A stretch of 39,518 nucleotides of DNA. Source: a virus. The stretch lies in UHGV virus genome UHGV-0040088. One strand, written 5' to 3'. How positions within the stretch are numbered: the stretch's first letter is position 1; every line of letters begins with the position of its first letter. The position numbers were made by a program, and so were the translations under genes. Shown here one piece after another: positions 7,678-15,443 of this stretch. Under the pieces are notes generated by a model. The model was not told the origin of the DNA, ran no database searches, and saw nothing but the letters and a program-made list of their open reading frames with translations.

Positions 7678-8563
7678 CACCGAAGACCCGACCATGACAG
7701 GGAAGTTAAGGTCTGGTGCTATCAAGCGTTTTAAAGCCTGCCTGAAGAAAGTAGCCGATCCATATATCGCCATACTGGACAGAATACAATATAGCCTGGC
7801 TGTTAATAAAAAATACACCTTCCAGATTTACATGGATGAATTGCACGACATGCTGGAGGACGCCAGCGACATGATTGATGAGATATTCGAGCTAACCGAC
7901 CCGGAAAGTTTTTGGTTTTGGCAGGAATACGTGAAGGTGGCATATCAGCGCGGCACGGCACAGGAATACGCCAACCTTGCCAACCAGTCTGTTACTTACT
8001 CAAGCGCTTATCCTGATGTATCCGCCGTGCTATCAAGTACGACTTACCGCACGCGCCTTGCCCTTGTTCGTACCCGTGTATTTGAGGAAATGCGCGGGCT
8101 AACAGCACAGATCAAGAAGGATATGGCCCGACGATTAACCGAAGGGATGGCCCGTGGTTTAAATCCACTGGAAATAGCGCGTACATTGCAGCAGGAAACG
8201 CAATTGCCGCTATACAGGTGCAAACGTATTGCCCGTACTGAAATATGCACAGCGTTACGCACAGCGCGTATGGATGAGGCAGAAGCGGCGACAGAAGAGC
8301 TTAATCTGCGCACCATGCAAATGCACATTTCGGCATTGTCACCGACTACCAGGCTATCGCACGCGCAGCGGCACGGGAAAACATACACCATAGAAGAGCA
8401 GCGCGAATGGTGGAGTAGATCCCCTAATTCAATTAACTGCAAATGCAGCACTATTACCGTATTAGTTGACGAAGACGGTAATATATTAAACAAACGAATA
8501 TTAGAACGGGCGCAAGAAAACTATAAGGTTGCGCACGCTAAATATGGCGAAGATTGGGAGTAA
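7667..8563 (+). CDS. head morphogenesis protein (SPP1 gp7 / Mu F-like)
   Basis: Position after portal; about 300 aa with an Arg-rich region, typical of minor head morphogenesis proteins. Start ambiguous (7619, 7667 or 7694). Confidence 0.7.
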   Translation: MPSNTEDPTMTGKLRSGAIKRFKACLKKVADPYIAILDRIQYSLAVNKKYTFQIYMDELHDMLEDASDMIDEIFELTDPESFWFWQEYVKVAYQRGTAQEYANLANQSVTYSSAYPDVSAVLSSTTYRTRLALVRTRVFEEMRGLTAQIKKDMARRLTEGMARGLNPLEIARTLQQETQLPLYRCKRIARTEICTALRTARMDEAEAATEELNLRTMQMHISALSPTTRLSHAQRHGKTYTIEEQREWWSRSPNSINCKCSTITVLVDEDGNILNKRILERAQENYKVAHAKYGEDWE

Positions 8564-8568
8564 AAACC

Positions 8569-9837
8569 GTGAGTAAAGAATTGATTCAGGTTAATACCAA
8601 ATTAACCGCTAATACCATCCGCCGGGAAACGTATAACGGGCGCGAGCATATTGTAGTCCCGTCATATACATTGCCCTTCAATATCGTTATGAATCGTGAA
8701 TATTACCCGGAAGCTGAAATTATCGCTAATTATCAGTCACTGGAAGGCACGCTCGCACCGCTGGGCCATCCTACGGTTGACGGTGAATTTGTTTCCGCAT
8801 TTAGCCCTGAAGGTTTAAATATTGGGTTTTGTGGAGCGTGGAACAGAAATGTCGAATTACGCGGCAACCGTGTTTATGTGGAAAAATGGGTTGATGTTGA
8901 AACTGCCAGCCATTCAGAACAAGGCCGCGAATTATTAAGCAGACTGGAAGCGCTGGAAAAAGGCGAAAGCAAAGATCCGATCTGGTCATCTGTAGCCGTA
9001 TATCGTCAGCGTATGCCAGCCACCGAAGAGATGAAAGCCCAGGGTGCTGACAGCGTTGTCAAAATCATGTCTATCGACCATGACGCTATCTTACTGCATG
9101 AACCGCCAGCCGCATCGCCAGAACAGGGCGTTGGCCTGATGGTTAACACTGACCAGGCGAAGCCTTTAATGGCTGTGGCAATGAAAGAAAACAGCTATCG
9201 CACGCTTGAAAGACAACTGACGGAAGCGGCGCGTGAATTACTTCCTGATGCCGATTATGTCTATGTTGTGGACTTCACTGATAAAGAAGTGACAATTGCA
9301 ACCAACAAAAATTACGCGGAAAAATACAACTACCAAAAACAGGCTGATAAAATTATTCTCAATAATGGCGAGCTTGCAACCAATGAGGAAAGTAAATCAT
9401 GGTTCGCTCAGTTCGCTGAACACCTGTCTAATCTTTTCTCCCTGAATGAAAAAATTAAGGCCAATAAATCGGAGGACGATCCCATGCCTTTGACCAAAGA
9501 AGAACGCGCCGAACTGGTAAAAGAAATTAACGAAGGTTTATCCGCTAATATCGCCAGTGCAGTAGCTGAAGCACTTAAACCAGTACAGGCAAGCGTAGAA
9601 GAATTACAGACCAATCAGAAAGCGATTAAAGAAGAGATCGCAGCAAACGCAAATAAAGAAGTAGCAGAAAAACGCGCCGCAGTAGCAAAAGTACACGGCG
9701 AAATTGTTGCTAACGCATTAAGTGGTGAAGCGTTAGAAGCAATGTTTAAATCCCTGGGCAAAGCCGCGCCGATGGCAACCAATGCAGCAAGCGAAGGTAA
9801 AAAAGGCGAAGTACCAGACTTTAACACTTATTTCTAA
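8569..9837 (+). CDS. putative scaffolding protein (possibly with protease-like N-terminal domain)
   Basis: Ala/Glu/Lys-rich coiled-coil C-terminal half; sits between head morphogenesis and capsid genes. GTG 8569 with GGGAG SD, or ATG 8554. Confidence 0.5.
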   Translation: MSKELIQVNTKLTANTIRRETYNGREHIVVPSYTLPFNIVMNREYYPEAEIIANYQSLEGTLAPLGHPTVDGEFVSAFSPEGLNIGFCGAWNRNVELRGNRVYVEKWVDVETASHSEQGRELLSRLEALEKGESKDPIWSSVAVYRQRMPATEEMKAQGADSVVKIMSIDHDAILLHEPPAASPEQGVGLMVNTDQAKPLMAVAMKENSYRTLERQLTEAARELLPDADYVYVVDFTDKEVTIATNKNYAEKYNYQKQADKIILNNGELATNEESKSWFAQFAEHLSNLFSLNEKIKANKSEDDPMPLTKEERAELVKEINEGLSANIASAVAEALKPVQASVEELQTNQKAIKEEIAANANKEVAEKRAAVAKVHGEIVANALSGEALEAMFKSLGKAAPMATNAASEGKKGEVPDFNTYF

Positions 9838-9853
9838 TTAAAAGGGGATCACA

Positions 9854-10282
9854 ATGTTTCGTTTTCGTCGTGTAAATATTGATGGTAAGTCCATCACCGA
9901 AACCCGCCTTGCTGGTGCTGAATTAAAACCGGGTGAACTGGTTAAACTGGCTAGCGGTAAATTTGCTAAAGCCACCCCAACTGATGTGGGCGCAACTCAA
10001 CTGTTTGTCGTTAACCCGGCATTCCATGAAGGTAAAACCATTGCTGATGCAATTGCAGCTAATGCTACGGCTGTTGCTGATTATGTAGAACAGGGCCGTG
10101 AGTTTGCTCTTCGTGTTCCCGCTGCCACTTACACCAAAGGCGCGGCTATCGCTCTTTCTGCTACTGGCGTCAAGCTGTTTACCGCGCCGAGTGATGAGGG
10201 TACTGCGGACCCAATCATCGCATACTGCCAGGAAGACGTAACCCTGGGAGCGGAAGACTTCATTCGCGTTCGCGTAGCTTAA
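9854..10282 (+). CDS. head structural / decoration-like protein
   Basis: 142 aa directly upstream of the major capsid gene, same SD motif (AAAAGGGGA) as the capsid gene; Ala/Gly/Thr-rich. Confidence 0.4.
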   Translation: MFRFRRVNIDGKSITETRLAGAELKPGELVKLASGKFAKATPTDVGATQLFVVNPAFHEGKTIADAIAANATAVADYVEQGREFALRVPAATYTKGAAIALSATGVKLFTAPSDEGTADPIIAYCQEDVTLGAEDFIRVRVA

Positions 10283-10299
10283 TTTAAAAGGGGAAAAAC

Positions 10300-11349
10300 A
10301 TGTACTTTACTAAAGAAAACCTCGCTACCAACGCCCGTATGCAGGGCCATTGGAAAGAACTGTGGGCGCAACGCAACATCTTCAACGATCAGCATGACGC
10401 CATGATTGCAGCAAATAAAGCAAACATGACCGCTGAAATGATTGCCTGTAACGCCGTTGGTGGCTTTGCAAAAGAGTTCTGGAAAGAAATCGATAACCAG
10501 ATCATCGAACTGAACACCGAAGAAATCGGCATTGAAATCGTAAATGACCTGATGGGTGTACAAACCGTACTGCCTATCGGTAAAACACTGAAAATGTACA
10601 GCGTATCCGGCGACATCAACGATGAAGTCGTAATGTCTATGGATGGTCAGGCGCCGCACGGCTATGATCACACCGAATACGGCAGCGATGGCGACCCGAT
10701 CCCGATGTTCGCAGCGGGTTACGGTGTTAACTGGCGTTTAGCCCAGGGCTTAAATACTGTAGGCATCGACCTTGCCCTGGACAGTCAGCGCCTGAAACTG
10801 AAAAAATTCAACAAAGCACGCGTTAAATTCTACCTTGAAGGTAACGAAAACATCGTGGTTGATGGTCATAAAGCTATGGGTATTAAAAAACATAAAAACA
10901 CCCAGCAACTGACTCTGACCACTGACCTTACCACTGCAAAATTTGACGCACTGATCGACTTCTTCACCGTTGGTGAATTTGGTGTTCTGGCCCGCAATAA
11001 CTTCGTTGCAAAATATGATGTGATGTGGGTATCACCTGAAATCATGGCTAACCTGGCACGTCCGCATATCGTTAACAGTGCTGTCGTTGGCAGTGTACTT
11101 AATACGGTTATGCCGTTCGCCCCTGTTGGTGAAATCCGTCAGACCTTTGCACTGAAAGGCAACGAAATCATTGCTTATCAGCGCCGCCGTGATGTCATCA
11201 CCCCGCTGATCGGTATGACTACTGGTGTAGTTCCTGTTCCGCGCATGATGCCTACTGATAACTACAACTTCAAAATCATGTCTGCCGAAGGCTTACAAAT
11301 CACCTGCGACATGCTGGGCCGTTCCGGTGTAGTTTACGGTCACAAATAA
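10300..11349 (+). CDS. major capsid protein
   Basis: 349 aa, strong SD, followed by the strongest terminator in the window; position after scaffold/decoration genes. Confidence 0.8.
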   Translation: MYFTKENLATNARMQGHWKELWAQRNIFNDQHDAMIAANKANMTAEMIACNAVGGFAKEFWKEIDNQIIELNTEEIGIEIVNDLMGVQTVLPIGKTLKMYSVSGDINDEVVMSMDGQAPHGYDHTEYGSDGDPIPMFAAGYGVNWRLAQGLNTVGIDLALDSQRLKLKKFNKARVKFYLEGNENIVVDGHKAMGIKKHKNTQQLTLTTDLTTAKFDALIDFFTVGEFGVLARNNFVAKYDVMWVSPEIMANLARPHIVNSAVVGSVLNTVMPFAPVGEIRQTFALKGNEIIAYQRRRDVITPLIGMTTGVVPVPRMMPTDNYNFKIMSAEGLQITCDMLGRSGVVYGHK

Positions 11350-11366
11350 TTTCTTATTTCCTGTAA

Positions 11367-11397
11367 CTCCCCGGCGCGATGCCGGGGATTTTTTTTG
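11367..11397 (+). terminator. rho-independent terminator after major capsid gene
   Basis: Stem ccccggc/gccgggg, loop gcgat, then T8. Confidence 0.8.
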
Positions 11398-11414
11398 TAT
11401 GTGGAGAAAACAAA

Positions 11415-11801
11415 ATGGTCACTACAGAACAGGCGCGGGAATATCTTGAAAGCCAGGGTATTGACCTGCCAGACGTTATCTTATCTTTGCTGGTGGAGCA
11501 GGCAAACAGCGTTAACGAATGCCTTGATGCCAACTATCCGGCCTCCACTGCAACATTAATTCAACTTTACCTGATTGGCCTGTTAGGACTCACCCAGGCT
11601 AACAAGTACGTTTCCTCGCAAACTGGTCCGAACGGTGCAGGCCAGTCATACCGCTATGTCGATTTTAATAAAAAATGGAAGGCAGCCTGCTCGTTGCTTT
11701 ACTCCCTTGATAAACATCACTGTACAGCCGAACTGATTCCACCAGATCCAGAAAACACCGCACACGCTGGGCTTTGGATAGGTAAAAGCGGGAGGATGTA
11801 A
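11415..11801 (+). CDS. putative head-tail connector / DNA-packaging completion protein
   Basis: ATG 11415 lies after the terminator; the track start 11379 lies inside the hairpin. Position-based assignment. Confidence 0.45.
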   Translation: MVTTEQAREYLESQGIDLPDVILSLLVEQANSVNECLDANYPASTATLIQLYLIGLLGLTQANKYVSSQTGPNGAGQSYRYVDFNKKWKAACSLLYSLDKHHCTAELIPPDPENTAHAGLWIGKSGRM

Positions 11802-11803
11802 CA

Positions 11804-11989
11804 ATGTGGAACGACCTGACATTACCGGATCCGCTATTGCCGAAACTGTTTACCCGCGTGTGGGTGAAAACTGACACCGGGCGACAGGTGGCGGCCTATC
11901 TTAATGACGCTGGCGAATGGGTAATTCTTTGCCCGCGCGTGGCGAAAACCCATCCGAAAATTGTTAAATGGAGCTATGGCTATGAGTAA
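11804..11989 (+). CDS. hypothetical small structural-module protein (61 aa)
   Basis: GGGAGGA SD; tightly packed in the head-tail module. Confidence 0.4.
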   Translation: MWNDLTLPDPLLPKLFTRVWVKTDTGRQVAAYLNDAGEWVILCPRVAKTHPKIVKWSYGYE

Positions 11990-12350
11990 GATCGCGAGAT
12001 TCAGCTACAAGGCATTAGCCACCATTTACCCCGTAACGCGTGACGACTGGACAAACTCCGACGTATACGGAACGCCATACCTGATTGATTGTGCATGGGA
12101 ACGCACTGACGGAACCGCAACAGACGCAAACGGGAATGAGGTTAGCAACACGATAACCGTATATACAGAATTGCTTCACAAGATGCAGCCAGTGCAGCGC
12201 CCGGAAAAAGGATGGATGATTGCCACTGGCGACACCACTGTTATTACTGACCCGCTGGCGGCTGGGGCCAACTTTATAACCGGGATCGTTGAATGGGACA
12301 TGAGCATGTTTAACGACACGCCGGATTATAAGATCGTTACAGGGGGTTAA
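11982..12350 (+). CDS. putative head-tail joining protein
   Basis: Position; start uncertain (11961, 11976 or 11982). Confidence 0.4.
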   Translation: MSKIARFSYKALATIYPVTRDDWTNSDVYGTPYLIDCAWERTDGTATDANGNEVSNTITVYTELLHKMQPVQRPEKGWMIATGDTTVITDPLAAGANFITGIVEWDMSMFNDTPDYKIVTGG

Positions 12351-12352
12351 TT

Positions 12353-12793
12353 ATGCCTATTAAGGGCGTTAAACGTGTCAGGGAGCGATTAAAGCAGGAG
12401 CTAAAGGAAATCACAGATAAGAAAACTTATGAGGTGTTATGGCGAGTAGGGATGCTGGCTGGTGGCTTCGCGGCGAACATGACTCCCGTTGATACGGGTT
12501 TTTTAATTAACAGTCAATTTCAGTATATAGGTAACACGGCGGATGGTATGCAATTGCGCTTAGGGTATACGGCCCGCTACGCTGAATGGGTGCATAATAT
12601 GCCAGGTAAATTAAAAGGCCAGCCGCGCGAACATTTCGGTAAAACAAGAGAAGGCGTCGAATTTGGCGGCGGTACTGGTAAGGGTGATTACTGGGATCTA
12701 AACGCGGAACCGGAATTTTTGCGCAAGGCATTCGAAGAACCAGATAACGCCGACGATATTTATAAAACGATTGTAGAAGGTTACAAAACATGA
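12353..12793 (+). CDS. tail completion protein (HK97 gp10-like)
   Basis: Motif MTPVDTGFLINSQ resembles the HK97 gp10 family signature; AGGGGG SD. Confidence 0.55.
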   Translation: MPIKGVKRVRERLKQELKEITDKKTYEVLWRVGMLAGGFAANMTPVDTGFLINSQFQYIGNTADGMQLRLGYTARYAEWVHNMPGKLKGQPREHFGKTREGVEFGGGTGKGDYWDLNAEPEFLRKAFEEPDNADDIYKTIVEGYKT

Positions 12794-13176
12794 AACGCAG
12801 CGAAGTATACGACGAAATAAGGGATTGGATTAAATCCCACGGGTACGATGAAGGTTATATTTTGCAGGCCCGTTTCTGGAATGAGCGATTCAATTCTAAT
12901 AAAGACAGATACATTGTCATACAGCAAAACGGCGGCGCGGCGGGAGAAGAGGCGATAACCCGTGATTATTTCCGCATCCTGGTTATTTCGGCGCGTAATG
13001 ACGCAAATATCAGTGAAGTGGAAGATCTCGCCGATGCAATACGGCAAAGTATGATAACAGAGTATAAAACTGATAAAATTACATACATGAAGCCAGTAGG
13101 CGCTATTCCTGCAATGCAGACAAGAGAAGGGCGCTTTATTTTCACCGTAGCTTTCCAAACCATCATATCAAGATAA
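12790..13176 (+). CDS. putative tail terminator protein
   Basis: ATGA coupling with the upstream gene; immediately precedes the major tail protein. Confidence 0.45.
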   Translation: MKRSEVYDEIRDWIKSHGYDEGYILQARFWNERFNSNKDRYIVIQQNGGAAGEEAITRDYFRILVISARNDANISEVEDLADAIRQSMITEYKTDKITYMKPVGAIPAMQTREGRFIFTVAFQTIISR

Positions 13177-13189
13177 GAGGTAACTAAAC

Positions 13190-13666
13190 ATGTCTCAGAC
13201 TTGTGAAAAAGGTTCGTTTTTAGGCCGCGACGTTGCTGTATTCTACGCTATCGCTTGCCCTAATGCGAAACCGGAAACTGATGCGTACAAGGCGTTAGGA
13301 ATGATGCGCGGTAAATCTCTTTCCGTGGAATGGGAAACCGCAGACGCAACCGCTGATAAATCAGCAGACTATACCAAAGAATCACTGGTAACTTACAAGT
13401 CCGTTTCTTTCTCAGGTGACGGCGTATCCCGCACCGAAGAAATCCACAATCAGAAGGCACTTAAACGCCACGTTATTAACCCTGGAGAAACAACTGGATC
13501 GCAACCTTATGTGTGGCTAAAACTTGTTTCCCCGCTTGATGTGACAGAGGGTCCGTTCCTTTGCACCTCCTTTAAAGAAGAAGATCCGCATGACGATGTG
13601 TCCACCTGGTCCATTGAGTGCGAAAGCGCTGGCAAAGTCACAGTCGGCGATGTTCCGGCGGTGTAA
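13190..13666 (+). CDS. major tail (tube) protein
   Basis: 158 aa, strong SD (AAGAGGT), followed by a perfect palindromic terminator; position before chaperone and tape measure. Confidence 0.65.
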   Translation: MSQTCEKGSFLGRDVAVFYAIACPNAKPETDAYKALGMMRGKSLSVEWETADATADKSADYTKESLVTYKSVSFSGDGVSRTEEIHNQKALKRHVINPGETTGSQPYVWLKLVSPLDVTEGPFLCTSFKEEDPHDDVSTWSIECESAGKVTVGDVPAV

Positions 13667-13683
13667 TAATAAATATTAACATC

Positions 13684-13708
13684 GGGGCCATATGGCCCCT
13701 TTATTTTT
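13684..13708 (+). terminator. rho-independent terminator after major tail gene
   Basis: Perfect palindrome ggggccatatggcccc followed by TTTATTTTT. Confidence 0.75.
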
Positions 13709-13720
13709 AAGGTGACAGCT

Positions 13721-14401
13721 ATGATCCATGTTCGAACCGGACAATTTGCGGCTGTAGTCAATGGCAGGCGGTATGTGTTCAATCCCTGCTTTGCTGCAAT
13801 GGCTAAGATCGGCAGTGACAGGGAATTAGTCGAATACTTCGCAACTGTGCACGGTGGAAATTACCCACGTCGATTACCTACAGATCCAGACCTCAGCAAT
13901 CGCATTATGGCGCGGTGTTATGGTGAGTTAGTGCAAACATCCATCCACATACTGAAATGTTGCTCAGAGGAAGAAATAGGCCCGTTATTGGGTGAATGCA
14001 GGTTTACTACTTCGGGTAAGTTGAGACTAAAACCCGGATTGATGCCTACCAGTGACGTTATCACGCTGGCGCAACACTGTATGTATCACGGTTTAATTGG
14101 TGACGGTCCAGAGGAAGACACGGGCGAAAACCATGATGGCGAGTACAAGCCCGCATTCGACATCCTTGAATACGTTTACTCCGCCGTTGCTCACCTTGGA
14201 TTGTCTGAGTCTGAAGCGTGGGGCATGACAATGACCGGATACAGGGCCGCAGTACGCGCTAAAACGCCTCCAGACGAAAGAAACGAGAAACGTAAGCCAA
14301 ACGTTCAGATAAATAAACGTGATTATGATGAGCAAATGGAGGCCGCTAAGAGGGTGCTGGAATTTATGAAAAAACGCGAGCAAGAAAAAGCCCGGAATTA
14401 A
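13721..14401 (+). CDS. putative tail assembly chaperone
   Basis: Position between tail tube and tape measure; AAGGTGA SD before ATG 13721. No frameshift site confirmed. Confidence 0.4.
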   Translation: MIHVRTGQFAAVVNGRRYVFNPCFAAMAKIGSDRELVEYFATVHGGNYPRRLPTDPDLSNRIMARCYGELVQTSIHILKCCSEEEIGPLLGECRFTTSGKLRLKPGLMPTSDVITLAQHCMYHGLIGDGPEEDTGENHDGEYKPAFDILEYVYSAVAHLGLSESEAWGMTMTGYRAAVRAKTPPDERNEKRKPNVQINKRDYDEQMEAAKRVLEFMKKREQEKARN

Positions 14402-14421
14402 CCGGGCCTTTATCTTTATTT
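14390..14421. terminator. bidirectional terminator between tail chaperone gene and minus-strand cassette A
   Basis: Stem gcccgg/ccgggc, loop aattaa, A-run upstream and T-rich run downstream. Confidence 0.6.
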
Positions 14422-14718
14422 GTATGCCGCAAATCTGCATCTTGCTTCATCCAGGTCATGAATATCGTACACGTTATCGTAAATGTAAGTTGCGACCTGT
14501 GCTTTCTGTACGTCAGTTGCGTTCGGGAACTCCATGCTTACGAAAGTAACTGCATCAACGTAGTGTTTGAACATCTTTTTGTTAACGCACAGTGCGTAAA
14601 TCAATACAGCAGGCCAGCAAATCAGCGCACCAAAGAATGCCAGGAGCATATTAAGATGTTTTTTCTGAGCTACAACCATAGTTGCGATAAAGCCGATGAA
14701 GCAAATTACCAGTTCCAT
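14416..14718 (-). CDS. cassette A: small inner-membrane protein (100 aa, two predicted TM helices)
   Basis: AAGGGGTG SD; two hydrophobic segments (LVICFIGFIATMVV and LLAFFGALICWPAVLIYALCV) then a soluble tail. Confidence 0.55.
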   Translation of the reverse strand: MELVICFIGFIATMVVAQKKHLNMLLAFFGALICWPAVLIYALCVNKKMFKHYVDAVTFVSMEFPNATDVQKAQVATYIYDNVYDIHDLDEARCRFAAYK

Positions 14719-14728
14719 GATACACCCC

Positions 14729-14836
14729 TTAATTACGTTTGTCTTCGGTTGTCATTGCCAGCGCCAGTACAGCCATCACATTAAATGCTAACCATGCTGT
14801 AATATATACATCTATAACCGTTTTGATTGTTTCCAC
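14729..14836 (-). CDS. cassette A: possible 35-aa hydrophobic peptide (GTG start)
   Basis: Fills the gap between neighbouring genes; starts next to the upstream stop and its stop supplies the SD of the next gene. No ATG. Confidence 0.25.
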   Translation of the reverse strand: METIKTVIDVYITAWLAFNVMAVLALAMTTEDKRN

Positions 14837-15187
14837 TTATGCACCAGCCTTGATCCTGTTATGGATTGCGAACCCCTTAATTTCGCCGTCATGAATAACT
14901 TTGAGTACGTCAGGATCTTTTATTCCGTCAATCATATCTTTGTATTTTTCGTGGATCCTGTGTTTTTCTACAACCTCTTTATGTAGGAACGGTACTACCG
15001 CCTTATAATTGCACGCTGCGTTGTATATGACCTCCATGTACCCCATCCCTTCGCCGTATCTTATGTCGTATAGTTCTGCAGCAAATGCGCATTCACGTTC
15101 CGCTTTTTCAATCTTGTTATCTGCGTTCGCGTTGAATGCTAAACCAACCATTAACGCTACCATTGCCGCTTTGATTAACCGTTTCAT
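14837..15187 (-). CDS. cassette A: secreted (periplasmic) protein with cleavable signal peptide
   Basis: N-terminus MKRLIKAAMVALMVGLAFNANA-DN is a classic Sec signal with AxA site; mature part has two Cys; GAGCGGGGTGG SD. Confidence 0.6.
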   Translation of the reverse strand: MKRLIKAAMVALMVGLAFNANADNKIEKAERECAFAAELYDIRYGEGMGYMEVIYNAACNYKAVVPFLHKEVVEKHRIHEKYKDMIDGIKDPDVLKVIHDGEIKGFAIHNRIKAGA

Positions 15188-15199
15188 AATCCACCCCGC

Positions 15200-15286
15200 T
15201 CATTTCTTGTTTTTAAGTGCTTTCAGCATTTCTTCGATAAAGTCGGTATAGCGTTCATGCTCGTTGGGTCGGTAGTAGCCTTTCAT
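15200..15286 (-). CDS. cassette A: 28-aa leader ORF
   Basis: AAGAGGA SD then ATG; MKGYYRPNEHERYTDFIEEMLKALKNKK; its stop overlaps the SD of the secreted-protein gene. Confidence 0.35.
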   Translation of the reverse strand: MKGYYRPNEHERYTDFIEEMLKALKNKK

Positions 15287-15443
15287 TTTCTTATCCTCTT
15301 TTGCTTCCTCCGGTTAATCCGGCCTTTTAAGTCCCTTTACTCTATCCCTTTCCTTTAGCCTCTTTATACAAAATGGAGTCGTTATAGTAAAGACAATTTG
15401 TATAAAATAGAGATCTAGATCACACTTTTCATGAGGTTAAATC

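Noticed and set aside
8044-8493. 149-aa minus-strand ORF inside the head morphogenesis gene, and similar antisense ORFs at 10279..10671, 12781..13158, 16106..16564, 26027..26434 and 26624..27103
   Set aside because: Each is fully embedded antisense to a well-supported structural gene, lacks an RBS, and has a low-complexity Ser/Ala/Arg-rich translation typical of shadow frames.
11379-11414. Track start codon at 11379 for the first head-tail gene
   Set aside because: That ATG lies inside the terminator hairpin after the capsid gene. The downstream ATG at 11415 follows the hairpin and is the more plausible start.
14458-14784. 108-aa plus-strand ORF overlapping cassette A
   Set aside because: It lies antisense to the better-supported minus-strand membrane-protein gene, which has a strong SD and TM helices, and it spans the bidirectional terminator.
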